IMG/VR virus record: IMGVR_UViG_3300025429_000002
Location: 1 to 45,620 of that record
Origin: a virus
Taxonomy: Duplodnaviria > Caudoviricetes
Strand: one strand, 5' to 3'
DNA: 45,620 nt
Shown: positions 1 through 9,641 of the stretch, piece after piece
Layout of the letters: each line of letters starts with the position of its first letter
How positions within the stretch are numbered: position 1 is the stretch's first letter
Made by a program: the position numbers and the translations under genes
The notes under the pieces: generated by a model
The model's input: only the letters and a program-made list of their open reading frames with translations
Told to the model about the DNA's origin: nothing
Databases searched by the model: none

Positions 1-99
1 GTATCGGACATTAAGTATAATGAACCATTGTCATCATCTAATACAAAGTATTGTGAACCGTAACCAGCAAAGAAGCTTGGTCTAAAGTATTGCTCTGCA
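1..99. repeat. Terminal overlap, copy 1 (identical to 45522-45620)
   Basis: gtatcggaca...ttgctctgca occurs at both window ends, and a reading frame continues across the join. Confidence 0.97.
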
Positions 100-1568
100 T
101 AAATGCCAGTAATACCTGAACTAGAGTCTCCAATAGCAAACATAGTCCACTGATACCACATTCTTTCATTTACGTCAAACACTATTGTAACATTTAAATC
201 AGCTAATGTCAATACATAAAACATATGGCCATTAAACTTAAATGTGTAGGCTTTGATCTCTGACAAGTTACTATTGCCTAAAATACGATCAATATACACA
301 GTAGACACTTTAACTGGTGCTGTACCATCCATTAAATAGATACCAGCACCTGTAGCTTTAGACACCCCAATCCATAATACAGACTGTTCAAACTGCACAA
401 TAGAATCACCATTAGCACATCCAATTTCAACCTTGTATGACGGTGCAGCACCTAAAGGTGAGGCTACTGGGTTACCAGCGTCATAGAACAGCTCTGTAGA
501 CCACTGACCAAAGCCTAAGATGTAGTTTAAGTGTTTGGAGATACCTACTAAGTTATCTGGATCACCTTCAAGGCTAATATAGTCTAATGGGTTCCATATA
601 GTAGGATCATTAACATTAGATGTGTAGATACGGCCACTTGGTGTACCAACAACAATGTAACTATCTAAAAAACAAGCACCAGGAACTAAGCCACCGGTAG
701 GAAAGAAGTTTAATAAAGATGTAGCAGTAGCGTATGCACCAAGATCCGTAAAAGTTGCAGAAGTAACAGCAGAGGTTGTAATAGAGCTTAATGTAATTGT
801 ATATGGCCCAGTTCCTGCAATAGCTGTTACTGTAGTTCCTGATTGTATACCTGTACCGGTAACTGCCATGCCTACGTATACTGTACCAGTAATCGATGCA
901 GCAGTTAAGGTATTAGTACCAGATGTATTTGTTACTGTCACACCTGATACGGTTGCCGCAGGAGTAAAAGTAATTGTAGGTGCTGTTGTATAACCAGATC
1001 CTGAATTAGTAATTGTAATACCTGTTATAACGCCACCAGTTATTAACAACGTACCAGTAGCTGTAACACCACTAGAAGGTGCTGAAAAAGTCACTGTAGC
1101 ACCATTACTGTAGCCTGTACCACCTGTTAATATAGTAGTTGTTGCTACACGATCATTAGTTATTTGGGTAAAAGCACCAGTACTGCCATTAACTAAATAA
1201 CCATTTACTTGATTATGTAAAAACAGATAACCGTTGTTTAATGTCTGTGTAAAGTAAGCATTAGCTACAGCACCGTTAACAGTACCGGTCAATGTACCTA
1301 CAGTAGTCATTGCATATGTAGTAGGATTAATTTTGTATAGTACATTGTTAACTACAGCATACAAGTAGCTATTGAACAAGTACATACCTTGGCCCTGTGC
1401 AGACGGTATAACAGGCGTTGTTGTTACTAAAGACAATCCAGGTCTTTTAATAAACTCTCTCTTCTCATTTCTACTTTCAAAGTAACCATTTACGCACTTT
1501 GAATCAGTAGACAAAGTTCCATCACGGGTCTCAATGGGTTGTGATAAAGGTATTCTTTGTATAGCCAT
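1..1568 (-). CDS. P22 gp10-like DNA stabilization/tail hub protein, 5' part; joins 45521..45170 for ~639 aa total
   Basis: Missing from the ORF track. Manual translation from ATG at 1568: MAIQRIPLSQPIETRDGTLSTDSKCVNGYFESRNEKREFIKRPGL; in frame with 45170..45532 across the overlap; follows the adaptor gene with TAATG overlap. Confidence 0.85.
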   Translation of the reverse strand, partial: MAIQRIPLSQPIETRDGTLSTDSKCVNGYFESRNEKREFIKRPGLSLVTTTPVIPSAQGQGMYLFNSYLYAVVNNVLYKINPTTYAMTTVGTLTGTVNGAVANAYFTQTLNNGYLFLHNQVNGYLVNGSTGAFTQITNDRVATTTILTGGTGYSNGATVTFSAPSSGVTATGTLLITGGVITGITITNSGSGYTTAPTITFTPAATVSGVTVTNTSGTNTLTAASITGTVYVGMAVTGTGIQSGTTVTAIAGTGPYTITLSSITTSAVTSATFTDLGAYATATSLLNFFPTGGLVPGACFLDSYIVVGTPSGRIYTSNVNDPTIWNPLDYISLEGDPDNLVGISKHLNYILGFGQWSTELFYDAGNPVASPLGAAPSYKVEIGCANGDSIVQFEQSVLWIGVSKATGAGIYLMDGTAPVKVSTVYIDRILGNSNLSEIKAYTFKFNGHMFYVLTLADLNVTIVFDVNERMWYQWTMFAIGDSSSGITGIYAEQYFRPSFFAGYGSQYFVLDDDNGSLYLMSD

Positions 1569-2341
1569 TAGATAGTGTTTCCAATAATAGCGTTAGCCAT
1601 CCGCATATCGACTTGAAAGAATGTTGATGTAGGCTCTACGTCCCAGTCTGTTAATTGATCTCTATAAGCTTTAGCACGTGCAGCAATCTCTTGTCTGTGG
1701 TTTTGTGGTACAGAGTATTCAATAGCAAGTTGATCTGCTAAGTTCCATACTAAGGTGTTCATCCACTCATTAGGAAAGTCTGGAACATCTTGACCACGCA
1801 TTAGATCATTCATGGGCATCTGTGCAACTAAATGAATGTTTAAATTAGTAGCTACATAGCTATTGGGCTCAAGGTAAACATATAAGATACCATTAAGCTG
1901 TTTAACATCATAGAAGACACTGTTAGCCACACCTTGAGATTGTTTGGATCCTAAGATGTTATATTCTTGTTTAGACAGCAACTGTAACGGTGTGTCTACC
2001 GGAGGAGTAGATTGGTTGTTACGATACCACCCTTGAATAACCTTTAAAGGCTTGTCAGTGATCGGGGTAGTAAAGCTTGTGTCAAAGCTGTCATACATTA
2101 ATGCACTATTTGATCCACCTAAGATATAAGTGTACTGTGCGTTTGTCATTGGAATAACAAGCTCTTCTATTTTCCAAATCTTGAGACCTTCAGTAGCACA
2201 TTGCTTAATAAACAAGTTAAGTGCTAACGAAGCATTAGCAATTGTTGCTGAATCAGGAGTGTCGCCTAGTTCAAGTACGCCTAGCTTGCGTAATGCTAAA
2301 CTAATGATCTGATCACGAGATACGGTAAAAGTACTTGACAT
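1568..2341 (-). CDS. Head-tail adaptor (P22 gp4-like)
   Basis: N-terminus IISLALRKLGVL..G..P and C-terminal FPNEW..TLVWNLADQLAIEY pattern; directly upstream of the gp10-like gene. Confidence 0.7.
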   Translation of the reverse strand: MSSTFTVSRDQIISLALRKLGVLELGDTPDSATIANASLALNLFIKQCATEGLKIWKIEELVIPMTNAQYTYILGGSNSALMYDSFDTSFTTPITDKPLKVIQGWYRNNQSTPPVDTPLQLLSKQEYNILGSKQSQGVANSVFYDVKQLNGILYVYLEPNSYVATNLNIHLVAQMPMNDLMRGQDVPDFPNEWMNTLVWNLADQLAIEYSVPQNHRQEIAARAKAYRDQLTDWDVEPTSTFFQVDMRMANAIIGNTI

Positions 2342-2350
2342 TATTAATCC

Positions 2351-2509
2351 TTATTGTAACTTTAAAACTAAAGCTAATAAAGTTGTTATGATAAAGCCAG
2401 CAGATAAAAGTAGGATTTGCTCAAGACGTTTAAGCCTTGCATTAATGCCTGTATATCGCTCTGCACAGACTGCTTCGTGCGAGTTTAATCTTGATTCAAT
2501 ATCATCCAT
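2351..2509 (-). CDS. 52-aa coiled-coil protein with C-terminal transmembrane helix
   Basis: Manual translation MDDIESRLNSHEAVCAERYTGINARLKRLEQILLLSAGFIITTLLALVLKLQ. Confidence 0.75.
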   Translation of the reverse strand: MDDIESRLNSHEAVCAERYTGINARLKRLEQILLLSAGFIITTLLALVLKLQ

Positions 2510-2550
2510 GTTTAACTGCGTCCCTAGATTGTGAGTAAGTGGTTGTCATA

Positions 2551-2697
2551 TTATTCCGCTTTTGGTTCTTCAGTAATTAAAGCATACTATTGTTGTAGTT
2601 TTTGAAGCAATGGATATGCTCCTGATTCAGTAGGTAATTAACCTACCACACGGAGAATAAAGGCTGCTTCTTTATCTTCTAATGTAAATGTTTTCAT
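2551..2697 (-). pseudogene. Small tail-module gene with two in-frame stops
   Basis: MKTFTLEDKEAAFILRVVG*LPTESGAYPLLQKLQQ*YALITEEPKAE; TAA at 2638-2640, TAG at 2587-2589; fills the gap between neighbouring genes. Confidence 0.7.
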
Positions 2698-2702
2698 ATT
2701 AT

Positions 2703-4211
2703 TTATGGTGTATTAATTACAACGGATTCAATATAAGCTGTATTAGAACCACCAGCCGTATAGTTTACAAATTCAATTTCTAGTTCAGTTGTTGCTGTAA
2801 CACTTGCAGTAATTTGAAACCATTTAGGAGTAGTTGTCAAACTAATTGGAGTTAAAGAACCTCCTACAAAATTATCACCAGTTGAAACTTGTAATGTTTG
2901 ATTTCCTGAAGCATAGGCTAAAACATATACAGAAACTGTTTGAGTTAATTTATTATTAGGGTCACGCATCCAAACTAAATTACCACCTGAACTTGGAGGA
3001 ATAACTAAAACATTATTATTTATGTACGCGCTAGTACCATAATTTGTATTGACAATAGAACCATATAAACTAGGCGTTAAAACGCTTACTGTTTTATATG
3101 AAGTTAAAGGAAGCTGGTCACGAGATACTGTGTTCATTGGAATACCATTTTCAAATGTATTTCCCCAATGATTACATACTGTAATGCCAGAACCACTATT
3201 ATAAAATGGTTGTATTCCATTTCCAGCATTAAATATTGCTGGGCCAATTCCTGTGCCAATTAATTGATTATTAAAAATAGAAACTTGTTGAAGTGAGCTT
3301 GTATAACCCACATTTAACCAGTTAGGCCCACAAGCACTTGGAAATATAATTCCATTGTTTTCTATTGTAATTCTAAGATTATTATTACAAACAATCGCAG
3401 CAGCCATTCCAGTACCTTCTGCTGATGCTTGTTCAATATAATTATCTCTAATTGTAGGCTCGTAATCTGTTGCTAAAATAAATGCTAATGAACCTGTATT
3501 GCCCCAATACAATTCATTTTTTTCAATAAAAGCATCGCTACCATAACTGCTTGATGCATACAAACGAATTGCAGTATATCCAAACTGCCAAATACGATTA
3601 TGAGAAATCACAACAGTATCTGATTCATAAATATCAATACAATAATTAAAGCCTAATATTTCACATTGTTCTGTAATTTCTAATTTTGAACAAAATGTTG
3701 CTTGAATACCAGTACCAGTAAAAGTTGTTCCATTTTGAACAATATAAACTTTCCTAAAACTAGCGTTAAGAATTGTTCCTTCTGTTGAAGGAGAGCCTCC
3801 AGCAGTAGTGTTTAATTGAACACCATTTTGACAACTAATTTGAATATTAAAAAATCTTGGGCCTTCCCAAACTGCATTTGCAGGGCAACTCATTGTGTAA
3901 GCAAATGCTGATGTTGTTGTTTGCACAATTGAACTATTAGACGTTGTTGAGCCACCACTACCTGTTCCTTGCCCAATAATAATTGCACCAGAACCTAATA
4001 CAATTGAACTACTTATTTTATATGTTCCAACAGGATATATAACTCGCCTTGCTGCGTTGTGAGCTGCTTGTATAGCAGAAGTAGAATCAGCAACACCTGT
4101 AGGATCAGCACCAAAATCAAGAATAGAAACAGATTCTAATAACTTTTGATTAAAAGGTCTATTAACAGCACCTGTAGAGCTTTGGTCATATTTTGGAATA
4201 AGTGTTGTCAT
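2703..4211 (-). CDS. Tailspike/depolymerase, pectate-lyase-like beta-helix
   Basis: VSILDFGADPTGVADSTSAIQAA..YPVGTYKI motif, then Asn/Ile-rich beta-helix repeats and a beta-rich C-terminal domain. Confidence 0.85.
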   Translation of the reverse strand: MTTLIPKYDQSSTGAVNRPFNQKLLESVSILDFGADPTGVADSTSAIQAAHNAARRVIYPVGTYKISSSIVLGSGAIIIGQGTGSGGSTTSNSSIVQTTTSAFAYTMSCPANAVWEGPRFFNIQISCQNGVQLNTTAGGSPSTEGTILNASFRKVYIVQNGTTFTGTGIQATFCSKLEITEQCEILGFNYCIDIYESDTVVISHNRIWQFGYTAIRLYASSSYGSDAFIEKNELYWGNTGSLAFILATDYEPTIRDNYIEQASAEGTGMAAAIVCNNNLRITIENNGIIFPSACGPNWLNVGYTSSLQQVSIFNNQLIGTGIGPAIFNAGNGIQPFYNSGSGITVCNHWGNTFENGIPMNTVSRDQLPLTSYKTVSVLTPSLYGSIVNTNYGTSAYINNNVLVIPPSSGGNLVWMRDPNNKLTQTVSVYVLAYASGNQTLQVSTGDNFVGGSLTPISLTTTPKWFQITASVTATTELEIEFVNYTAGGSNTAYIESVVINTP

Positions 4212-4478
4212 TTAAGCACCTAAGTTATTTGTAAGTAGACTTGATTTTATAGACGCTTTATAAGCAGCTATTACATCAGGAGTCCAAGTAAGATTAGCAA
4301 TATCAACAACATTAACTGGTTGTCCAGTTAAATCCTGACCTGGAACTAAACTTGTTCTTGAATAGGATTGAGCAACTTGAGTTGTTTCATCCATAATTAC
4401 ATTGTTAGTTCTAACCAAAATAATTCCATTGGCTTCAATAGTAATTTGGTCAGTTGTTGATGTTTGAGTTAAAGCCAT
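4212..4478 (-). CDS. Small tail-fiber-associated protein
   Basis: 88 aa with RBS, directly after the fiber gene; TWTPDVIAAYKA ending typical of fiber-adjacent proteins. Confidence 0.65.
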   Translation of the reverse strand: MALTQTSTTDQITIEANGIILVRTNNVIMDETTQVAQSYSRTSLVPGQDLTGQPVNVVDIANLTWTPDVIAAYKASIKSSLLTNNLGA

Positions 4479-4487
4479 AATTATTCC

Positions 4488-5687
4488 TTAAGTTGACTTA
4501 TATACAGCAGTAAACAGAATATTCCCACCAGCAGCAATAGTTGCAGAACTAAAATTTGTAGTCACCATTGTTGTTGAACTTGCAACTATATAACCTCCAA
4601 CAGCAGAAGTTAATGTACCTCCAAAAAAATCTAATGTAACTGCTCCATATTGAGGTTGGTTTGTAAAAGGCAGTCCACCTATAGTTAAAGCTCCAGTTGG
4701 CGAACTTATTGCGCTTACATTTATATATCCATAAGCAAGTACCATATGCCCTATTTTAATATAGTTACTTCCTTGGTTTGCATAAGTTAAAGAACCAGTG
4801 CCAGTAGTTAATGTAGGACTCCATGTCCCTTCTTCATAATCTGCTAATAAAGAACTAGAGCCATTGTTAAATTTAATACCATTAGCATTTTGACTAAACT
4901 GTAAATTACTTCCAGAAGTCCTCATTATTTCGGTACTACCCGTAGTCCAAATAAATCCAAAACTTCCAGAGTTATCTACATTGTGAAAATATCCATCACC
5001 AGCTTGTCTGCTAAATGTATACGTTCCTGAACCGCCATCACCCATCTTAAATGTTGCATTAGGATAACCAGCTATTTCAATTTGAGCAGTAGGAGAGCTA
5101 AATCCAATTCCTAAACGACTATTTGTAGAATCCCAAAATAATCCAGAAGTAGATCCAAATGCACTTGTCCCTGTACCATAAGGAATGTATCCTTGCGTTA
5201 AACTGGATAATCCTGTTCCACCATTAGAAACAGATACTTGACCACTTAATGCACTAGTTGGAATAGTTGTACTTGCAGTTTGAGCAGATGATCCATTACC
5301 ATATACATATCCTGTTAATGTAGTTGTAATAGGTGCTGCACTAAATGTTTGTGTTTGACTATATGTATTAACTTCGTCTAACTTAGGAAAGTCATTTAAT
5401 GATGCACGAACTAATCTGAGTGATACTACATCACCTGAGTTAAACGCAGTACCTGAAGTACCATCTTGTCCTCGAACAATAGTAAATGTAGTACCTGATA
5501 CTGCTGTTACTTTAACAATTTCAATAGTTTGTTGTGTTGCGGCATCGGCTAATGTACAGTAAAAATATTGTGAACCTGTAGGAGATGGAAATGCAGTTGC
5601 AGACGTAACACTCATACTTGTAGCCGAGTTAGTTAAACTACTGGCTAAAGTAGTATTTGCATTATTAGCGAAAAGCATATTTGCCAT
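4488..5687 (-). CDS. Tail fiber protein
   Basis: S/T/G-rich; GGTG repeats, FWDSTNSRLGIG and DYEEGTWSPT..YIKIG..V fiber motifs. Confidence 0.85.
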   Translation of the reverse strand: MANMLFANNANTTLASSLTNSATSMSVTSATAFPSPTGSQYFYCTLADAATQQTIEIVKVTAVSGTTFTIVRGQDGTSGTAFNSGDVVSLRLVRASLNDFPKLDEVNTYSQTQTFSAAPITTTLTGYVYGNGSSAQTASTTIPTSALSGQVSVSNGGTGLSSLTQGYIPYGTGTSAFGSTSGLFWDSTNSRLGIGFSSPTAQIEIAGYPNATFKMGDGGSGTYTFSRQAGDGYFHNVDNSGSFGFIWTTGSTEIMRTSGSNLQFSQNANGIKFNNGSSSLLADYEEGTWSPTLTTGTGSLTYANQGSNYIKIGHMVLAYGYINVSAISSPTGALTIGGLPFTNQPQYGAVTLDFFGGTLTSAVGGYIVASSTTMVTTNFSSATIAAGGNILFTAVYKST

Positions 5688-5697
5688 TAATTAAACC

Positions 5698-7773
5698 TTA
5701 AAAAGAAGAAACTGCAACACGATACCATTGTGAGCCATTGTTAATATATAAATAACTTCCGCTAATTGCTAAATTTCCAACCGTGCCGCCAGCACTTGAA
5801 CTAACAGGAATAGTGCTAGAAATTACCGCATTAATAGATCCAGTAGGGCCTACTGCTACTGTTTGAGGATCACTAAAAAATCTTGGTGTTGCTTGAAAGT
5901 TAAATCCTTTAGATCCATGATAATTATTAATGTAATCATTATTTGAACAATTAGAAGTTAATTCAGTAATAGCGTAAGCACAAGTAGATGCTTCGTTATA
6001 TATAAAATTACCTTCCATAATTGTGTTTGTACAATCATGTACTGCTATACCACTAAAATTAAATGAAGAACTTAAACAATTGCCAGAAATATTATTACCT
6101 TTAATTAAACTATATCCAAGAGAACCATAAATTCCGTAATATTGATTTCTTACAATTATGTTACCTTCAATAACCATCTGAACTGCTGAATCAGCTTGAA
6201 TACCATCGTTTGCATTATCACGAATAATGTTATTTTTAATTGATACATTTTTGGTAATACCTGCACTTACACCAGGAGAACATAATATTCCTGAATGAAC
6301 ATTTGAATAACTTTCATTAGAATCTACTACACAACTTTCAACAGCTTCTTGTAAACAAATACCGGCACTACAGTTTGTTGTATGATTACCAATAATAACT
6401 GCACCAACAATCGGCTTGTTATTTGGATTATTTGTATTAATTTGTCCTCTAATTGCAATACCATAATTAACACACGTATTAACAATGTTATTAGAAATAG
6501 TGCCACTACCTGTTGAAATATTTTGAGTAACTAAAAATAGTCCATGATCTACTTCAATTCCGTAATCACCACTATTTGTAACTTTACATCCATCAATTAA
6601 ATATTCCATACTGTCGGCTAATTGAATACCATCAGCGTTAGTAGAATCTGTTTCACAGTTTAATATTTGAACTTTATCTGTGTAATTTAATTGAATTCCT
6701 TGACCTGCTGTATTTTGTGCCCTTACATTTTTAACTGTTATGTTACTGACACCAACAAAATATAAACCATAAGAGTAACCATTATTGGCTTTATTGCCAT
6801 CTAATGTCATATCAGAAATTGTGATATTTGTATTTAATGTTAAAGAAGAGACGTTTAGAACATTTGCAGGAATATTTGAATTATTAAAAATAGCACCACT
6901 TGTGGGGATTGTTGCACCGTTAGCTATTTTTAAAGTAGTTCTACCAATTCCATCACCATAAATAGTTATATTACTTGGAACTAATAAAGGTAATGTTTGA
7001 ATTTTATAAGTCCCTGAAGGAATATATAATTTTTTGTTTACTGCAGCATTAATAGCAGCCTGTAAAGCAGTTGTTGAATCATTTACGCCAGTAGGGTCAA
7101 CACCAAAATCTAAAGCTGAAATTGTTTCTTGTAATTTAGAAGTTACAGTACGATTAACAGAGCCTGTACCACCTTCATTATATGTAACATTACTGGCAGT
7201 AATTGTACCACCTGCTAAAGGCAAGTTATAAATAACTTCTACTAAGTCACCAGCGTTTAACCCGCTGACAAACGTAATACTTGTTGTAGATGATTCAGTA
7301 TAGTTTGAAGCAGAGATTTGTTTACTACCGTTTACAAACACAACTAAGTTATTAATACCTGTAACATAAGTAAAAGGTAATGTAAAGACTGTTTGTCCCT
7401 GCGTTGCTGTAAACTCCGCTACAGAACTACCGGAAGCATTAACACCAGTAGAGCCACCTGCAGCAAACAAGTTTAAACTAGCAGCAGTAATACGAAGTTG
7501 TACGCTATCACTAATGTTAAATGATTTAGCTGTAGTGCCTTCTTGTGCACGTACAATCGTTAACATATCGACACTACGAGCAATACACTCTACAATCTCA
7601 AAATAAGTAGGATCTGTGATACTTACTAATGTTAAAGTAAAGTATTCACCAATGTTTGACGGCTGTGGGAATAAACTGCCTGCTCCGGCATTTAATTGAA
7701 TGTTTGTTGTTGTTGCTGTAATACCAAGGGCTAAAGAGCCTTGAGCGTTATTGGTAAATAAAGGTTTTGACAT
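5698..7773 (-). CDS. Tailspike with anchor domain, T7-fiber-like linker and beta-helix
   Basis: FTATQGQTVFTL..LVVFVNG linker; ISALDFGVDPTG motif; right-handed beta-helix repeats. Confidence 0.85.
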   Translation of the reverse strand: MSKPLFTNNAQGSLALGITATTTNIQLNAGAGSLFPQPSNIGEYFTLTLVSITDPTYFEIVECIARSVDMLTIVRAQEGTTAKSFNISDSVQLRITAASLNLFAAGGSTGVNASGSSVAEFTATQGQTVFTLPFTYVTGINNLVVFVNGSKQISASNYTESSTTSITFVSGLNAGDLVEVIYNLPLAGGTITASNVTYNEGGTGSVNRTVTSKLQETISALDFGVDPTGVNDSTTALQAAINAAVNKKLYIPSGTYKIQTLPLLVPSNITIYGDGIGRTTLKIANGATIPTSGAIFNNSNIPANVLNVSSLTLNTNITISDMTLDGNKANNGYSYGLYFVGVSNITVKNVRAQNTAGQGIQLNYTDKVQILNCETDSTNADGIQLADSMEYLIDGCKVTNSGDYGIEVDHGLFLVTQNISTGSGTISNNIVNTCVNYGIAIRGQINTNNPNNKPIVGAVIIGNHTTNCSAGICLQEAVESCVVDSNESYSNVHSGILCSPGVSAGITKNVSIKNNIIRDNANDGIQADSAVQMVIEGNIIVRNQYYGIYGSLGYSLIKGNNISGNCLSSSFNFSGIAVHDCTNTIMEGNFIYNEASTCAYAITELTSNCSNNDYINNYHGSKGFNFQATPRFFSDPQTVAVGPTGSINAVISSTIPVSSSAGGTVGNLAISGSYLYINNGSQWYRVAVSSF

Positions 7774-7775
7774 AA

Positions 7776-8054
7776 TTATCCTGGTTCATAAACATTTAAT
7801 TCGTACCCATCAACTAAACGTGGATAAACTTCGTTTTGTATAAAGAGGTCCGATGGCTCTGGCCTTGTCCAAGGTGGTGCTTGGTAATCTGCTACGCCTC
7901 TTACAAAGTCTTGTGGCTGTCTCGGCTCCCAATCATCTTGACAGACCTTAAGGCCGTCCCAGCGTTGACGTAACTCTGAAGCTTTTAGTTTACGACCACA
8001 TGAGTCGCAAATAGATGCCCAATCGCCTCGATCATATCTTGGAGAGTAACTCAC
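7776..8054 (-). CDS. Small Cys-containing phage protein
   Basis: ICDSCG..LRQRWDGLKVC..DWEPRQPQDFV. Confidence 0.7.
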   Translation of the reverse strand: MSYSPRYDRGDWASICDSCGRKLKASELRQRWDGLKVCQDDWEPRQPQDFVRGVADYQAPPWTRPEPSDLFIQNEVYPRLVDGYELNVYEPG

Positions 8055-8362
8055 ACGGCACTCACATCGTAAATAGTTAGGTCGCCTACACCAACATATG
8101 TGTTACCTATAGATGTAACTATTGTCATACTGAGTCGATAAGTAACTTCACTCACGCCACTAATAATACGCTGTGAAGCAGTCTTGTTAGCTATGATAGG
8201 CACACCTTGAAGAATTGCTGTAGGATTATTGTCTGTACCATTCATTACAATAACAGCACAAGTAGCCGATGAAATAGTCTCAGATGCCGTTAATACCTGC
8301 GTAAAGTCAAAAGTAAATAATTCACTTTCGCTAGTAATTTTGTATGAAAAGGACTCAGCCAT
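8051..8362 (-). CDS. Putative fiber/tail adaptor (beta-sandwich)
   Basis: 103 aa; K..SESELFTFDF..L...ETI pattern; overlaps both neighbours in the structural operon. Confidence 0.55.
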   Translation of the reverse strand: MAESFSYKITSESELFTFDFTQVLTASETISSATCAVIVMNGTDNNPTAILQGVPIIANKTASQRIISGVSEVTYRLSMTIVTSIGNTYVGVGDLTIYDVSAV

Positions 8363-9638
8363 TTTTATTCCGATATAACATTATAACACGGTTTTTAATA
8401 AATTGCAACACTTTTGCTGCAGCTTTAACTACTATTAATTGATTTTTTGTTATCTTTAAATATAACTTTTTAGGTTGTACAATAAAAGTATATTTAGCTA
8501 CTGCACCAAACTTTTCTACATACTGGGCATATAACTTTAGTATAGCCACACTTGCTACAGCTAATAATTTACCAATTAGTCTAGTACTTGTTATTGTGTT
8601 CATTACTACAATGTTAAGTATCTTTTGTAATAACTTACTTAATGTACTAGTTGATGTTACTGTAACTTGTAATATCTTATAAAAGAAAAAGTGTTTAACA
8701 ATAGAAGCTGTACTAGTAGAAGTTACACTAATAAACTTACCTACAGACTTTATAATACTTATTAAGCTACTTGATACAACACTTAATGTTTTTGGTATTG
8801 ATTTAAACAAAGAAACTGTATTAGTTGAAACAACACTCTTAGTTACGGCTATTGCCTTTTTAATCGTTATTACACTTGCTTCTGTAACAGATAATAAAAC
8901 TAAATGGAATGCACTTTCAGTTAATACAACTACAGACATCTCGCTAATGGTACTAAATATCTTACTGATTGCTTTTTTAATACTGACTAAACTTGTGGAC
9001 GTTACCGCTAATAATTTATTAGGTAACTTAACTATGCTTGCTGTTGACGTACTTGTAATAGATTTAAATAAACCAATTAACTTTACTATCGCTGTCGTAT
9101 TTGTAGATGTAACGCTTAATGTTCTAAATAAACTTAATAGTCTACTTATAATTGCTGTACTTGTTGATACAACACTTAAGTATTTGTAAACTGCTTTAAT
9201 AATACTAGATGTACTAGTAGATGTAATATTTAAATACTTGTTAACTAATTTTGTAATACTTGATGTACTACTTGATATTACACTTAAATACTTGTTAACT
9301 AATTTTGTAATACTACTTGTTGATGTACTTGTAATTGTTTTTGTTATTGATATTGCTTTTTTAATCGTTATTACACTTGCTTCTGTAACAGATAATAAAA
9401 CTAAATGAAATGCACTTTCAGTTAATACAACTACAGACATCTCGCTGATGGTACTAAATATCTTACTGATTGCTTTTTTAATACTTGATGTGCTGCTTGA
9501 TATTACACTTAAATACTTTAAGGCTTGCTTAACGATAGTACTTGTTGATGTTGAAGTAACTGCGAATGAATCAATAAGTTTGATAGTATCTTGAGCATTA
9601 ATCGTAACTCGATCAATAGCACTACCGTTAATAGCCAT
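8355..9638 (-). CDS. Basic S/T/K/I/V-rich repeat protein, probably a fiber or whisker
   Basis: ~19-aa periodic units (S/T run then IxK...KxL), very few acidic residues. Confidence 0.7.
   Translation of the reverse strand: MAINGSAIDRVTINAQDTIKLIDSFAVTSTSTSTIVKQALKYLSVISSSTSSIKKAISKIFSTISEMSVVVLTESAFHLVLLSVTEASVITIKKAISITKTITSTSTSSITKLVNKYLSVISSSTSSITKLVNKYLNITSTSTSSIIKAVYKYLSVVSTSTAIISRLLSLFRTLSVTSTNTTAIVKLIGLFKSITSTSTASIVKLPNKLLAVTSTSLVSIKKAISKIFSTISEMSVVVLTESAFHLVLLSVTEASVITIKKAIAVTKSVVSTNTVSLFKSIPKTLSVVSSSLISIIKSVGKFISVTSTSTASIVKHFFFYKILQVTVTSTSTLSKLLQKILNIVVMNTITSTRLIGKLLAVASVAILKLYAQYVEKFGAVAKYTFIVQPKKLYLKITKNQLIVVKAAAKVLQFIKNRVIMLYRNKNG
8850..9485. repeat. 135-bp intragenic direct repeat (8850-8984 and 9351-9485)
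   Basis: Copies 501 nt apart with 3 mismatches; both encode KKAISKIFSTISEMSVVVLTESAFHLVLLSVTEASVITIKKAI. Confidence 0.9.
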
Positions 9639-9641
9639 TTC

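Noticed and set aside
1-99. 99-bp end repeat as a biological terminal repeat
   Set aside because: It falls inside a coding gene and its length fits an assembler k-mer overlap
2551-2697. Genome-wide TAA/TAG-to-Gln recoding
   Set aside because: TAA and TAG end many well-defined genes (capsid, terL), long genes are intact under code 11, and no suppressor tRNA was seen
8850-9485. 135-bp repeat pair as a DGR template/variable repeat
   Set aside because: No reverse transcriptase; both copies are in frame in one gene and the differences are synonymous
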